IMG/VR virus record: IMGVR_UViG_3300001865_000266 | Span: 1-43,168 of that record | Direction: 5' to 3' (one strand) | DNA length: 43,168 bases | Source of the DNA: a virus | In this document: positions 9,408-18,993 of the stretch, piece after piece | Position numbering within the stretch: the stretch's first letter is position 1 | Layout: every line of letters starts with the position of its first letter | Notes under the pieces: model-generated | Databases searched by the model: none | What the model was told of the DNA's origin: nothing | The model's input: only the letters and a program-made list of their open reading frames with translations | Made by a program: the position numbers and the translations under genes

Positions 9408-9563
9408 ATGGAAGAAAAAAAAATAAATAATGGATTTAAATGGTGGGAAATTCTTCTTTTAATGGTTATAGCAATTTATTTAGGATATTTAATAGTTGGA
9501 GTTATTGGTTCGGTTATAGGGATAATTATCGTTTCGATTATTTCATGGCGTAAAACTAAATAA
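9408..9563 (+). CDS. 51-aa membrane protein (not in ORF track)
   Basis: Translated by hand: MEEKKINNGFKWWEILLLMVIAIYLGYLIVGVIGSVIGIIIVSIISWRKTK. Confidence 0.65.
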   Translation: MEEKKINNGFKWWEILLLMVIAIYLGYLIVGVIGSVIGIIIVSIISWRKTK

Positions 9564-9569
9564 AAAGAT

Positions 9570-12053
9570 CTAAGCAGATCTTCCATTTATTATATTTTCT
9601 TGATTTAGCTGTTTAACCCATCCCATTAAATGATCGGCTGTCTCTTTATCTGCTACTTTTCCAATAGTAATGTTATAATTGTGTTCGTGTTTACTTGCTG
9701 TATTTGTGATACTTTTTGTAATTCCTTTTGTTGTACTGTTTAACATATCTCCGCCTGAAGCATTTGCATTATCTCCTCCACGAGCTCCACCAGTCATCCT
9801 ATTCACAATCGCATCTAATATTTCACCTGGTGAAGGTATACTCCAATGCAACCAATCAATGAACTGTGCAACCCTATTCAAAACATCTGCAGCTCCTGGA
9901 ATGCTCCAAAGTAGTTGTGTTATATAATCTCCAATCTTCTGAATTATATTTGGTATTGAAGGGATCTTCCAGATCAGGTCATGAATAAATGTAGCAATTC
10001 TTTGGATTATCTGTTGAACTGTTGGGATCTTCCAATTTAGCATTGGAATTTTAGATTTGAGCATGTTTATGATGTCTGTAACAGTAGGAAACTTGAAACG
10101 TGACATATCGAGCATTCCATTCTTACCAAATATATCATTACCTATGCTCTTGTTTCCACCAGTTCCAGCAGCACTCGCAGGTTTAGGCAGTAAGCCCCCA
10201 AGAAGTCCCCCTAATCCTCCACCTTGTAAAAAGTCAGGGGTCTTAAATGCGTTTCCTGTTAACCAATCTCTTGCACCAGCTAAACTAGGAATTTTAAGCC
10301 CACTAAATCCTCCACTTATATCTCCCCAGTTACTTTGTAACCCTTTTATAACATTAAGAGGGGCCAACGCCCCAGATAATGGGGAATCTTTAAGTGCTGA
10401 TCCAAATCCACTTATTCCTCCACCAATCCAACTTAATCCACTTCCTAATTTTCCATAATTTGAAAATTCTGTTTTCTCCTGATCAACCCATGATCCCCCA
10501 CCAAATTTACCTGTTGAAATTGTAGACATCAATAAAGGTAGAGGTAATCCTTTTCCAAATGCTGAAACTCCTCCAGCAATTGAACGTCCCATGTCACCAG
10601 TTCTACCAAATAAATCTGAACCAAAATCCATTGCGTTATATGCATCAGCTACAGCATAAGCTCCAGGTATAGCTACTGCAGCCGCATCTTGTAATGAAAA
10701 TTTTTTTGTTGGATTCGTTGGAGATCCAGGAGTTCCAGTTGTTCCTCCACAAACTGTTTTACTTGTAGTAATACATTCTTTAGGTGCACAAGGGGTTTTG
10801 TTTAATATGTTAAGTGCATCTGTTATTCCTGAGATTCCATCCTTAGCATTTTTGAGAAGAATATAAACTCCACCAAAGGCCATTACAGCAGCCACGGCCA
10901 AAGGGGCTACCAATAGAATATCTTTTATTGGACCGGGCAATGCTTGGAATCCATGAAGAATTCCTGCTAAAATTGGGAATGCTGCAGTACCAAAATCTTT
11001 TAAGATTGGAATTATTTCATATCCTACACCTGTAATAAATTGAGACCATAAATTGCTTAACTGAGCCATTATTCCTTGATAAGAATGTTTATAGGCCTCA
11101 TTTGCAGCTGCACCATTTTGAAGTGCAACGGTTTGAGTTAATAAATTACTTCTCTGTTCAGTAGTTAAGTTAGCCCAGTCTTTCATTGTGAGATTGTTCT
11201 GCTTAAGGACATCATTGAACTTATTAGTATCCACACCAGCAGTGGCTAGAGTCTTAACAAGTAAAGTGGGCTTGTTAATCATGTTGGTCCATGCTTCTGA
11301 AACTGTGTTAAAACCTGCTGGATCTCCAGGATATTTAATCATTGCAAGGGCACTCATGGCCTCTACAGAACTTTGCTGGATCTGCTTGTTTACTACACCC
11401 ACTCTTGAAAGATTACCTATTGCACTTATGATGTCTCCACGAGTTCGGGCCGTGTCTGATTGAATAGAATCAATCATTGAAGAATATTCAGCTTTGACAG
11501 CTTCCATTTCAGTTCCAGATCTACCAAGTGCAACTGTAAGTCTACCCCAATTCTGTTCAGATTGTTCAGCAGATTTAACACCCATATAAGCAATGACGCC
11601 TTCAGCTGCAACAATGGCTCCAGCACCTACGAGTAATCCTTGGCCTACTTGGGTCATTGTTAATCCAAGTTTATTGACAGCACCTTCAACACGGCCAACT
11701 TGGGGAACTGCAGCTGCCATCTTAGCATTTGCAACTTCCATATCAACCCCCATCTGAGATAAACGGCTGATATCCATGCCTCGCATAGCTGGTGTTAACC
11801 CACCTACAACAGCAGATTCAGCAGCCACGGCTTCTAGTTGAAATTGGTTTAAAGCCAAATTTGCCTTTGCCATGTTTTGCTCAGCAAGTGTCATCCCCTT
11901 CGATGTGTTGTTACCCATACCTACCATTGTTGCAGCACTTTGGGCTTCCATGGCACTCATGGCAGCTTGGGATTCTACAAGTGAGGCGTTGAGAGATGTG
12001 AATCCTCCACCTTCGTAGATAGACCTTATGTTGATAAGGAGTTCTTCTAGCAT
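9570..12053 (-). CDS. Tape measure protein
   Basis: Ala/Gly-rich helical protein, hydrophobic segments, 21-aa WxIP repeats, follows tail chaperone. Confidence 0.9.
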   Translation of the reverse strand: MLEELLINIRSIYEGGGFTSLNASLVESQAAMSAMEAQSAATMVGMGNNTSKGMTLAEQNMAKANLALNQFQLEAVAAESAVVGGLTPAMRGMDISRLSQMGVDMEVANAKMAAAVPQVGRVEGAVNKLGLTMTQVGQGLLVGAGAIVAAEGVIAYMGVKSAEQSEQNWGRLTVALGRSGTEMEAVKAEYSSMIDSIQSDTARTRGDIISAIGNLSRVGVVNKQIQQSSVEAMSALAMIKYPGDPAGFNTVSEAWTNMINKPTLLVKTLATAGVDTNKFNDVLKQNNLTMKDWANLTTEQRSNLLTQTVALQNGAAANEAYKHSYQGIMAQLSNLWSQFITGVGYEIIPILKDFGTAAFPILAGILHGFQALPGPIKDILLVAPLAVAAVMAFGGVYILLKNAKDGISGITDALNILNKTPCAPKECITTSKTVCGGTTGTPGSPTNPTKKFSLQDAAAVAIPGAYAVADAYNAMDFGSDLFGRTGDMGRSIAGGVSAFGKGLPLPLLMSTISTGKFGGGSWVDQEKTEFSNYGKLGSGLSWIGGGISGFGSALKDSPLSGALAPLNVIKGLQSNWGDISGGFSGLKIPSLAGARDWLTGNAFKTPDFLQGGGLGGLLGGLLPKPASAAGTGGNKSIGNDIFGKNGMLDMSRFKFPTVTDIINMLKSKIPMLNWKIPTVQQIIQRIATFIHDLIWKIPSIPNIIQKIGDYITQLLWSIPGAADVLNRVAQFIDWLHWSIPSPGEILDAIVNRMTGGARGGDNANASGGDMLNSTTKGITKSITNTASKHEHNYNITIGKVADKETADHLMGWVKQLNQENIINGRSA

Positions 12054-12084
12054 TGATAATCAGTCCTGGTAAAAATAAAAAAAT

Positions 12085-12272
12085 TTAATTTGGATTTGGA
12101 TTTTCTCGGTCTAAAATATCTTTATAGACATTTTCCAAGATACTTAAAAAAATAATTTGAACATCGGTCAGATCACTGATTTTGTCTGTTAAATGGTATT
12201 TTTGACTTTTAATTAACATGATAAGCCATGCCCATTTACCATCCTCTTCAGGATCTAACCATTGCCGAAAAG
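12085..12272 (-). other. Putative -1 frameshift extension of tail assembly chaperone (G/GT-like)
   Basis: Open -1 frame (TFRQWLDPEEDGKWAWL...PNPN) begins just before the chaperone TAG; candidate slip CTT TTC at 12267..12272. Confidence 0.65.
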
Positions 12273-12758
12273 TTCTTTAATGGCCTTAGTTTCAAATCTA
12301 TCTTCAAACTCTCCACTTATAAATCTTATTTCTTCGGAAATTGCAGCTGTAGCTCCATCTGATACTTTCCTTATATCTTCAAGAGGGATCTTCACACCAT
12401 CAGTATTCTGAACCCATCCTGCTTCACATACCATTTCGATGAAGTTTCGCTGAGCTACTTTTTTCCCACGACCATTTGTGTTTTTCTTACTTATGGCCTT
12501 CTCAATACGGTTACGATCCATTCGAGATAAAGGTTTAATATACACAGGCATTTTCATTTTCTGCTGAGTTTTAAGGTCAAAGAAAACTATTTCACGTTTT
12601 AAGACAGAATCTTTTCCTTCGACAACCAACCTTTCAAAATCAAACTCATCGAGTTCTTCTAAGATTTCATCTTCATCGATATCTTCATCAAAATCGTTTT
12701 CATCGATATCATCAGAAGGTTCTTTGTACATTTTAGCTTCATCATAATCTTCAGGCAT
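12255..12758 (-). CDS. Tail assembly chaperone
   Basis: Between tube and TMP; acidic N-terminus; YIKPLSRMDRNRIE pattern. Confidence 0.8.
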   Translation of the reverse strand: MPEDYDEAKMYKEPSDDIDENDFDEDIDEDEILEELDEFDFERLVVEGKDSVLKREIVFFDLKTQQKMKMPVYIKPLSRMDRNRIEKAISKKNTNGRGKKVAQRNFIEMVCEAGWVQNTDGVKIPLEDIRKVSDGATAAISEEIRFISGEFEDRFETKAIKELFGNG

Positions 12759-12794
12759 CTCATATCAACTCCCATAAAATAAAAATTGGAGATT

Positions 12795-13175
12795 TTAACT
12801 CCATTTCCTAACACGTTTAAGTACAGTAAATCCAATTGTTTCACTGTCAAGTTTACCAGGACTAACATCACCAGAATATTTGGTCATGTAACCACCAGTA
12901 CAGGTGTCGGTGAATTGTTTACCATTCCTAGTTCCAGTTATAACAATAGGAATATTAGATTTGAGATTTGCTGCAAGATTCTTTTCAAAGTTAGGATCAT
13001 AGGTAACAGTTCTATCAAAGGATAGATCCCACTGTTCTGTTTCATCTTCAGCTATATCGATACCATCAAAGTGTTTGACGATATCGTTATCTTTTTTCAG
13101 GTCGTAGCTGTACTTTTTACATCGTGCAACCTTTATTCCATTCCAATGAATTGTCACATTTCTACTTGCTGCCAT
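12795..13175 (-). CDS. Tail tube protein
   Basis: 126 aa directly after sheath; beta-rich tube-like pattern. Confidence 0.8.
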   Translation of the reverse strand: MAASRNVTIHWNGIKVARCKKYSYDLKKDNDIVKHFDGIDIAEDETEQWDLSFDRTVTYDPNFEKNLAANLKSNIPIVITGTRNGKQFTDTCTGGYMTKYSGDVSPGKLDSETIGFTVLKRVRKWS

Positions 13176-13177
13176 TT

Positions 13178-14596
13178 TTAGGCCTCCATTGAAAGTTTTA
13201 TCCTGTAATTAATGGCCTTGAGAATGCCTGGAATTATAAACTCGAAATCAACATTAGCTATTTCGCTGTTCTGTGTATCTGGAGTGATAGCTACAGGGAT
13301 ATCCTTAACAATGTTTTGATTGATAAGGTCCTGTTTCCTGTTTTCCAGTTCTCCAAGGGCACTTTCTATGCTTGTACTAATTCCAACTCTACCTTTCCAA
13401 TCATCCAGGTTAAGATATTTAATACAGAAATTCCTGATTTTTGTAGCGTAAAGTTCACTTGTTGGAACTTTTTTACCCTGGTCATCAACATCCCTTATAG
13501 CGGTTACACTTGAAACAATACCATAATCATTGTTTTCATGAGTCATGAGTTTAAGAAGTGTAACTCCACCATTAACTAAAGCGTATCCATCGTCAGTAGC
13601 GCCAAATTTAAAAGTAGGTGTAATAGAAGTGACATCTAAAATTTTCTTATTTGTAGAACTTTCATTCACAGCTAACCCTGCTTCATATGCTACCATTCGG
13701 GCAACAAATTCAGATTCAGATAGTGAATCATTATCAACATTTCCTTTCTGGTAGAAATAGAACATGTTATCTGAGTCAGTTGTTCCAACGTTTGTGAGAG
13801 TAGTTGCAACATTGTTAGATTCTGCAAGAGCGAAAGCCCCTATAGCTGGTGTGGCCAGTGCAAATTTACTGTCAAGCCATGCCTTTAATGTTGGAAGGTA
13901 TGTTGGATCTACAGTGTCAGTTAAAATTAAGTAATCAAAACTTTCATTCAAAACAGTTGCTAAAGCATTTGTTATGTCTGTTGTGGTTGGTGAAGCTGTT
14001 TCAGTTCCTCCAGCTAAAGCTGTATCAGTAACTGTGGCTAATGTTCTGGCAAGTTCTGTTGATGTTCCACTAGCAACAAGATAATTATCACTAGCATTAA
14101 TCTTATTCATGATGTCAGTTGTATTTGCACAATTGTCTATCTGGTCAACAATTACATCATTTAATTTAATTGTGACTTTCTGTCCACTAATTGTTCCTGC
14201 ACCTATGGAAATCTTTAAACCTCCACTTGCACCATTTGCCCAAGGACCTCCACTAACTGCAGTTACATGAAGTCCAACAGCTGAACTTGCATCTAGTAAT
14301 GTTGCAGAAGCTTTGACTGTTGTTCCTGTTTTAACACAAATACAGTCAGTTGCACCGTAGTTTTCATTTTCAAGGTCCTGTTTAAAGGTATAAACAATTA
14401 TGTTTGTACCACTGTAACTGGCACTTGCACCCATACCTTGCAATGCATCTGAAGCACTTTTAAAGAAGTATGGTTTATTTGCATCTCCTCTTTCAAAGTT
14501 TCCTATAATGCATACACGGCCAGCTGTTCCGAAGGTTCTGGATACATCACCTTTTACAATCTGGGCACTTGATCCAGGTATAACAATATTTCCCAT
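13178..14596 (-). CDS. Contractile tail sheath protein
   Basis: IVIPG...GNFERGDANKP...LAGGT...LVNGGVT pattern; 472 aa. Confidence 0.9.
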   Translation of the reverse strand: MGNIVIPGSSAQIVKGDVSRTFGTAGRVCIIGNFERGDANKPYFFKSASDALQGMGASASYSGTNIIVYTFKQDLENENYGATDCICVKTGTTVKASATLLDASSAVGLHVTAVSGGPWANGASGGLKISIGAGTISGQKVTIKLNDVIVDQIDNCANTTDIMNKINASDNYLVASGTSTELARTLATVTDTALAGGTETASPTTTDITNALATVLNESFDYLILTDTVDPTYLPTLKAWLDSKFALATPAIGAFALAESNNVATTLTNVGTTDSDNMFYFYQKGNVDNDSLSESEFVARMVAYEAGLAVNESSTNKKILDVTSITPTFKFGATDDGYALVNGGVTLLKLMTHENNDYGIVSSVTAIRDVDDQGKKVPTSELYATKIRNFCIKYLNLDDWKGRVGISTSIESALGELENRKQDLINQNIVKDIPVAITPDTQNSEIANVDFEFIIPGILKAINYRIKLSMEA

Positions 14597-14599
14597 AAA

Positions 14600-14833
14600 T
14601 TAGTCCTCCTCATCAACGATAAACGCTGGTTTTTTTAAATATTTTTCATAAGATTTTTCTAATTCTTTTTCAGAACGTAAATCTTTTAATTCACATCCTA
14701 AATGTGCTTTAAACCCTGCTAAAGTCAATACATCAACGTTATTTTTTATAGCAAAGTTTTGAAGTGAAATTTTGCCCTTTGGAATTTTTTCTTCCTGGAT
14801 CTCTTCCACTTTTTCTTCATCCTTATTAGTCAT
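14600..14833 (-). CDS. Small pre-sheath protein
   Basis: Likely start ATG 14833 overlapping upstream stop; 77 aa, charged. Confidence 0.6.
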   Translation of the reverse strand: MTNKDEEKVEEIQEEKIPKGKISLQNFAIKNNVDVLTLAGFKAHLGCELKDLRSEKELEKSYEKYLKKPAFIVDEED

Positions 14834-15380
14834 CTTGAGTAACCTCCGATTCATTGAGTTTAAACTCATCAAATTCTTTTTCAGGCTGTTCGTAATCCTC
14901 AACCACTTCAAAAGTAATAGTCACAGTTTCAGTGAACATAATCACATGTTCCATGGTATCGTCTTCTGTTTGGTAATATGGTTCAATATCACCAATCACT
15001 GGCTCACTGCAGAAATCTTCTAAATTCTCAGAATTCATTATAGTTCTAATTAAAGCGTCTTCAATCTTGTTTATCAAATCAGTAGCTGTGACGTAATCCT
15101 TTGTTTCAAGTATTTGAATGTGAAAACCAAATGTTAATTTACGGTCTAAATAATCAAATCCTTCATCACCATTTGCCTGATTTTTGGCCCTGAAAATAAC
15201 AATCCGTTTCTCCTTGTAATTTTGCATGTTCGTATCGCCAACAAAGAATGTGGGGATATCTTTTAGGAGTACTGGATTCTTTATTATAGAATCATCTTCA
15301 GCAAGTTCTGCAGGGATGACAATTTCCTGGCTTGATGTGATGTCAGATTTGATTTGTTTATCTAAATCTGTGCTAACCAT
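14826..15380 (-). CDS. Tail terminator/completion-like protein
   Basis: Acidic 184 aa between neck genes and sheath. Confidence 0.6.
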   Translation of the reverse strand: MVSTDLDKQIKSDITSSQEIVIPAELAEDDSIIKNPVLLKDIPTFFVGDTNMQNYKEKRIVIFRAKNQANGDEGFDYLDRKLTFGFHIQILETKDYVTATDLINKIEDALIRTIMNSENLEDFCSEPVIGDIEPYYQTEDDTMEHVIMFTETVTITFEVVEDYEQPEKEFDEFKLNESEVTQDD

Positions 15381-15410
15381 TAATTCACCTCAAAAAAAAT
15401 AGTAAATAAA

Positions 15411-15923
15411 TTATAAACTTAATGCGGCTCTAACACGAGTCTGCATTATCCTTGGGAATAAAACTTTCATACTTGTACGTGTAGGTCTAACATAAGGTTG
15501 TGCCTTAGCAGGACCTACACATCTGGTAAATATCATCTTCCCTTTGTACTCAAATCTTAAAGCATGTGCAATATTAATCGCACCACTTGTTTTAGAAAAG
15601 AAATCTCCTTTATTTGGTGCACCTTCACGAAGTCCTTTAGCACAGAAACTTTTACGACCAAACTCGATAGCCATGGGTTGAGCACCTGTTTTAGTTGGTC
15701 CAAATATACGACCCCAATTTCCTTCAGGAAACCATTGAACCGACCCCATTAAACCTCCAGTTTTACTGTGAGGTGTGAGTAATGCTTTTTCTTGTTGAAC
15801 TCCCATCTTAGCTGCTTCGTCAAGCCCATCACCTATTGCAGGTTTTAATGCCTTTGATTTTATGTTCATGTTCCAGGCAAGGGCACTGATGTTAGAATCA
15901 ATAGTTGTTCTGACAGCTGCCAT
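15411..15923 (-). CDS. HK97 gp10-like neck/tail-completion protein
   Basis: TGGLMGSV...IEFGR...GPAKAQPYVRP pattern; start taken at ATG 15923 (track start 15938). Confidence 0.7.
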   Translation of the reverse strand: MAAVRTTIDSNISALAWNMNIKSKALKPAIGDGLDEAAKMGVQQEKALLTPHSKTGGLMGSVQWFPEGNWGRIFGPTKTGAQPMAIEFGRKSFCAKGLREGAPNKGDFFSKTSGAINIAHALRFEYKGKMIFTRCVGPAKAQPYVRPTRTSMKVLFPRIMQTRVRAALSL

Positions 15924-16395
15924 CTGGATCATCCTCAAGTAAACTACTGTCTATGTTAAAGATTCTAAATGGAAGATCATCAGTTGTATTTTCAGTGATT
16001 GGGCTACATTCTTCAAGGTCTTGTCTAATCTCTGGAGTTAATGGATTATTTGTCACTACTTTAACAGCATATTTATTTACGTTGATGATAGGGCCTTGAC
16101 GATTTAGTTTAGCTGTGTTTACCATGTTGATAGCGATTCGTTTGGCTGCACTTTCGATGCAAATAGGGATCTGTTCGATTTCATCGTCTTCAAGTTCCTT
16201 TGAAAAATCTTTATTACGATTACTGTCAACCATGGCTTTAGCATCAATGAGATATTTCTGTATTTTAGCTTCGAGTTTATCCTGTCCACTTGTAGGATCA
16301 GGACTAGATGGATCATTAAAACCTAAATCAACTGGTTTCACCCCGCAATCATCGAGTACATCCTGAACATTACTGTAAAACTGTAGATATGCCAT
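15898..16395 (-). CDS. Head-tail adaptor (connector) protein
   Basis: YSNVQDV...YLIDAKAMVD...IESAAKRIA pattern; position after capsid genes. Confidence 0.7.
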   Translation of the reverse strand: MAYLQFYSNVQDVLDDCGVKPVDLGFNDPSSPDPTSGQDKLEAKIQKYLIDAKAMVDSNRNKDFSKELEDDEIEQIPICIESAAKRIAINMVNTAKLNRQGPIINVNKYAVKVVTNNPLTPEIRQDLEECSPITENTTDDLPFRIFNIDSSLLEDDPDGSCQNNY

Positions 16396-16415
16396 GGGAT
16401 CACCTGAAAAAATAA

Positions 16416-16739
16416 TTATTTTTTAGTTTCTGCTTTGGTTTTAGGTCCAGGTTTTCCTTTTTCCTTTGGTTCAGATTCTTCTTCCGGAACTTTCTTTTTT
16501 GGAGTAGGTTTAACTTTTTCTTCGGCCTGTTTTGCCTTCTTTATTAGTTCTTCTTTGATTACTTCAGGTTCAATTATCTCATATTCTGGTTCTTTGAGAT
16601 TCCTTTTTTCATTGAGTTCTTTGATCCATTGAGCTTCCTCTTCGGTGACAAAGATTGAACCATCTTCAAAGTCCATATTTTTTCCTTTAACACTAAGACT
16701 GTGATTTGATTCTTTATTTTTAATTCTAACTTCTATCAT
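16416..16739 (-). CDS. Hypothetical protein with Lys/Glu/Pro-rich tail
   Basis: 107-aa ORF with SD in head-neck module. Confidence 0.6.
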   Translation of the reverse strand: MIEVRIKNKESNHSLSVKGKNMDFEDGSIFVTEEEAQWIKELNEKRNLKEPEYEIIEPEVIKEELIKKAKQAEEKVKPTPKKKVPEEESEPKEKGKPGPKTKAETKK

Positions 16740-16762
16740 TATATTTCCTCCAAAAAATAGAA

Positions 16763-17545
16763 TTAGGCAGGATCAATATATTCAACGAATACTTTGATTT
16801 TACCTGCTGTGATTTCTTCTGCACCTATCTGAAGTAGTAAAGCTCTGTCATCAGTAAGGATTAAGAAGTTACCTATTGCATTATCTTGAGCTCCGACTAC
16901 GGGGGCTGCTGCATCCCATGCATCACCTGCTGTTTTTATTGCAGTTGCTGTTTTTATATCATTAGCTGCATTAAGTGTCAGGGCCAATGTAGCATTATCT
17001 GTTGTGGGACTTGTGAATGTTGTATAAACCTTATAAAATGTTCTGGTTACAATTGCACCATTAGGTATTAGAACACCATTTCCAAGTAAGTTAAAATCAC
17101 CAAACACATTCTTTTTAACTGTATGTGCTGCAGTATCTGAACCCGCAGTTGCTGTGATATTTATTGCGGTTCCTGCCATTGCGTTAGCTCTTGAAGATGC
17201 AAGTTTAAAGGTAGATGGATCTACATAAATTGCATAATAAGCAGTAGCTGCACTCAAACCAGTTGGTAATGTTCCTGCTGTTGAAAGTAAAACTGTATCT
17301 CCTGTTTTAAGTCCATGGTTTGCTTTAGTTATTGTATCATTTGCAATACTTACTGCAGGATTTAAGAATGTGAATGTTGCAGCATTTGCTGAAAAATCAT
17401 AAGTCCCGATAGCTAACTTTTTATTTTGGTCCTGAATAGCTTTTAATTTGGTTCCAATTGCAGAATCAACAGCTCTAAATAACTTATTTATTTTTTTAGA
17501 TAATTTTAAAGTTATATTTCGTCCATGTATAACTGTTTTAGTCAT
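16763..17545 (-). CDS. Putative capsid decoration/cement protein with inserted beta-barrel
   Basis: Directly after MCP; IPNGAIV...TAGKIKVFVEY core; NHGLKTGDTV...YYAI...TFKLA insert. Confidence 0.55.
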   Translation of the reverse strand: MTKTVIHGRNITLKLSKKINKLFRAVDSAIGTKLKAIQDQNKKLAIGTYDFSANAATFTFLNPAVSIANDTITKANHGLKTGDTVLLSTAGTLPTGLSAATAYYAIYVDPSTFKLASSRANAMAGTAINITATAGSDTAAHTVKKNVFGDFNLLGNGVLIPNGAIVTRTFYKVYTTFTSPTTDNATLALTLNAANDIKTATAIKTAGDAWDAAAPVVGAQDNAIGNFLILTDDRALLLQIGAEEITAGKIKVFVEYIDPA

Positions 17546-17578
17546 ATCATTTCCTCCTAAAAAAATTAGGAACTAAAA

Positions 17579-18541
17579 TTATTCAGTTTTAGTTCCGATA
17601 CCGTACATTCTACCCTGGAATCTTTCGCCCCTAATCTGGAAGTAATCCATAGAAGCAATAACTTCACTGGTACCTAAGAATGCTGCAGGTACATCGAACC
17701 TTGTAGGTTCTAAAAGCTGTTTAAGTCTTAACTGTGGTTCAGTAAGGACATACAGTTCGTTAGCATCTGTGGTATGTGGAACTTTGTTATCAACGATAAT
17801 AGGGATGTTCCTTCCGTTAGGTGCATTGTATGATGTAACATTATATCCGAATCCCATGTCAACAGTAGGATTGACCTGAACATTAGGGTATAATATTTCT
17901 TCAAGTTGAGATTTCACATTAGCAGTTGTAAGTATTGCAGTAGGACTGCCTTTACTGTCCATAACTTTCTGACAAAGAGCATCTATCTGGAATTTACCTG
18001 TTAACTGATCTCCACCTAAATCTTTGGTGTTTGTAGTTACTGCATTCTTTAGACCAAGCATGGTATTTGAATTACCATCCCCAACAATCATGTCCTGGTT
18101 TAATGTGTAGTAATGGTCAAGAATTGCGTCTCTTAACTCATCTGCCCTAACATCTGTAACATCCTGTGCTCCAAGCTGTTCCATCATTGATATTTTAACA
18201 GGTGTAACATAGGTTGTCATTAGTCCTGCTAATTTATCGTATACTGAATCACTGCCTGTAGGAATATTATCAGTTTCACCTATAGCAGAGGTTGCAACAC
18301 CAGATGTTTTAACTCTTGTACTCACAAGTTTAGACCTATGGGTCTGAACCTGTCCAAGTCCCTGCAATCTTAGAAGGAACGGAGTATCGTTAATTGTATA
18401 ATTTACTATTTCTGGATCAAATACTTCAGGTATTAAATCTCCACCTGAACCATCTGCAGTGTTTAACATTTTACCTGCAAAGTATTCAGAAAGTGAATTC
18501 ATGCCTGCTTCATCTTTCATTAATTCTTCTATTGTGGTCAT
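17579..18541 (-). CDS. Major capsid protein (HK97 fold)
   Basis: GGDLIPEVFDPEI...AIGET...IVGDG...GLK pattern; TGAGGTGA SD before ATG 18541. Confidence 0.9.
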   Translation of the reverse strand: MTTIEELMKDEAGMNSLSEYFAGKMLNTADGSGGDLIPEVFDPEIVNYTINDTPFLLRLQGLGQVQTHRSKLVSTRVKTSGVATSAIGETDNIPTGSDSVYDKLAGLMTTYVTPVKISMMEQLGAQDVTDVRADELRDAILDHYYTLNQDMIVGDGNSNTMLGLKNAVTTNTKDLGGDQLTGKFQIDALCQKVMDSKGSPTAILTTANVKSQLEEILYPNVQVNPTVDMGFGYNVTSYNAPNGRNIPIIVDNKVPHTTDANELYVLTEPQLRLKQLLEPTRFDVPAAFLGTSEVIASMDYFQIRGERFQGRMYGIGTKTE

Positions 18542-18570
18542 AAGTTTCACCTCATTGATTATTTGTAAAT

Positions 18571-18993
18571 TTATTTCCTCTCAGCCATTTCTTTGATACT
18601 CTTCCTTTTGGTTGCGGTAGATTCTGGAGTTGATTCCGGACTGTTTAAAGACTGACTGTTTGGATCTATTCCAAGTTTTTCAACAATCAAATTCTGGGTA
18701 TTTAGTATTCCTTTGATTACTGGATCATCCTCAGTTTTAACAGATACTTCTGTTTCCTTTTCTTCCTCTCCAGGATGGGCTTTTCCACATGCTCCACAGA
18801 ATTTATCATCTTCATGTAATTCTTTACCACATGCACATTTTATTGAGGATTCCTCTGGTTCTTTTTTAAGAGCTTCAATTTCCTCTTTAAAAGTTGTGTT
18901 CTCAGTTTTCTGAGCTTCTAATTCATCTTTTAATGGTTGTGTAGCATCTTTAACAGATTTTTCAACAAAAGTTTTTAGTTCATCTTCATTCAT
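18571..18993 (-). CDS. Putative nested in-frame scaffold protein
   Basis: Internal AAGGAGG SD (19002..19006) before in-frame ATG 18993 (MNEDELKTF). Confidence 0.55.
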   Translation of the reverse strand: MNEDELKTFVEKSVKDATQPLKDELEAQKTENTTFKEEIEALKKEPEESSIKCACGKELHEDDKFCGACGKAHPGEEEKETEVSVKTEDDPVIKGILNTQNLIVEKLGIDPNSQSLNSPESTPESTATKRKSIKEMAERK

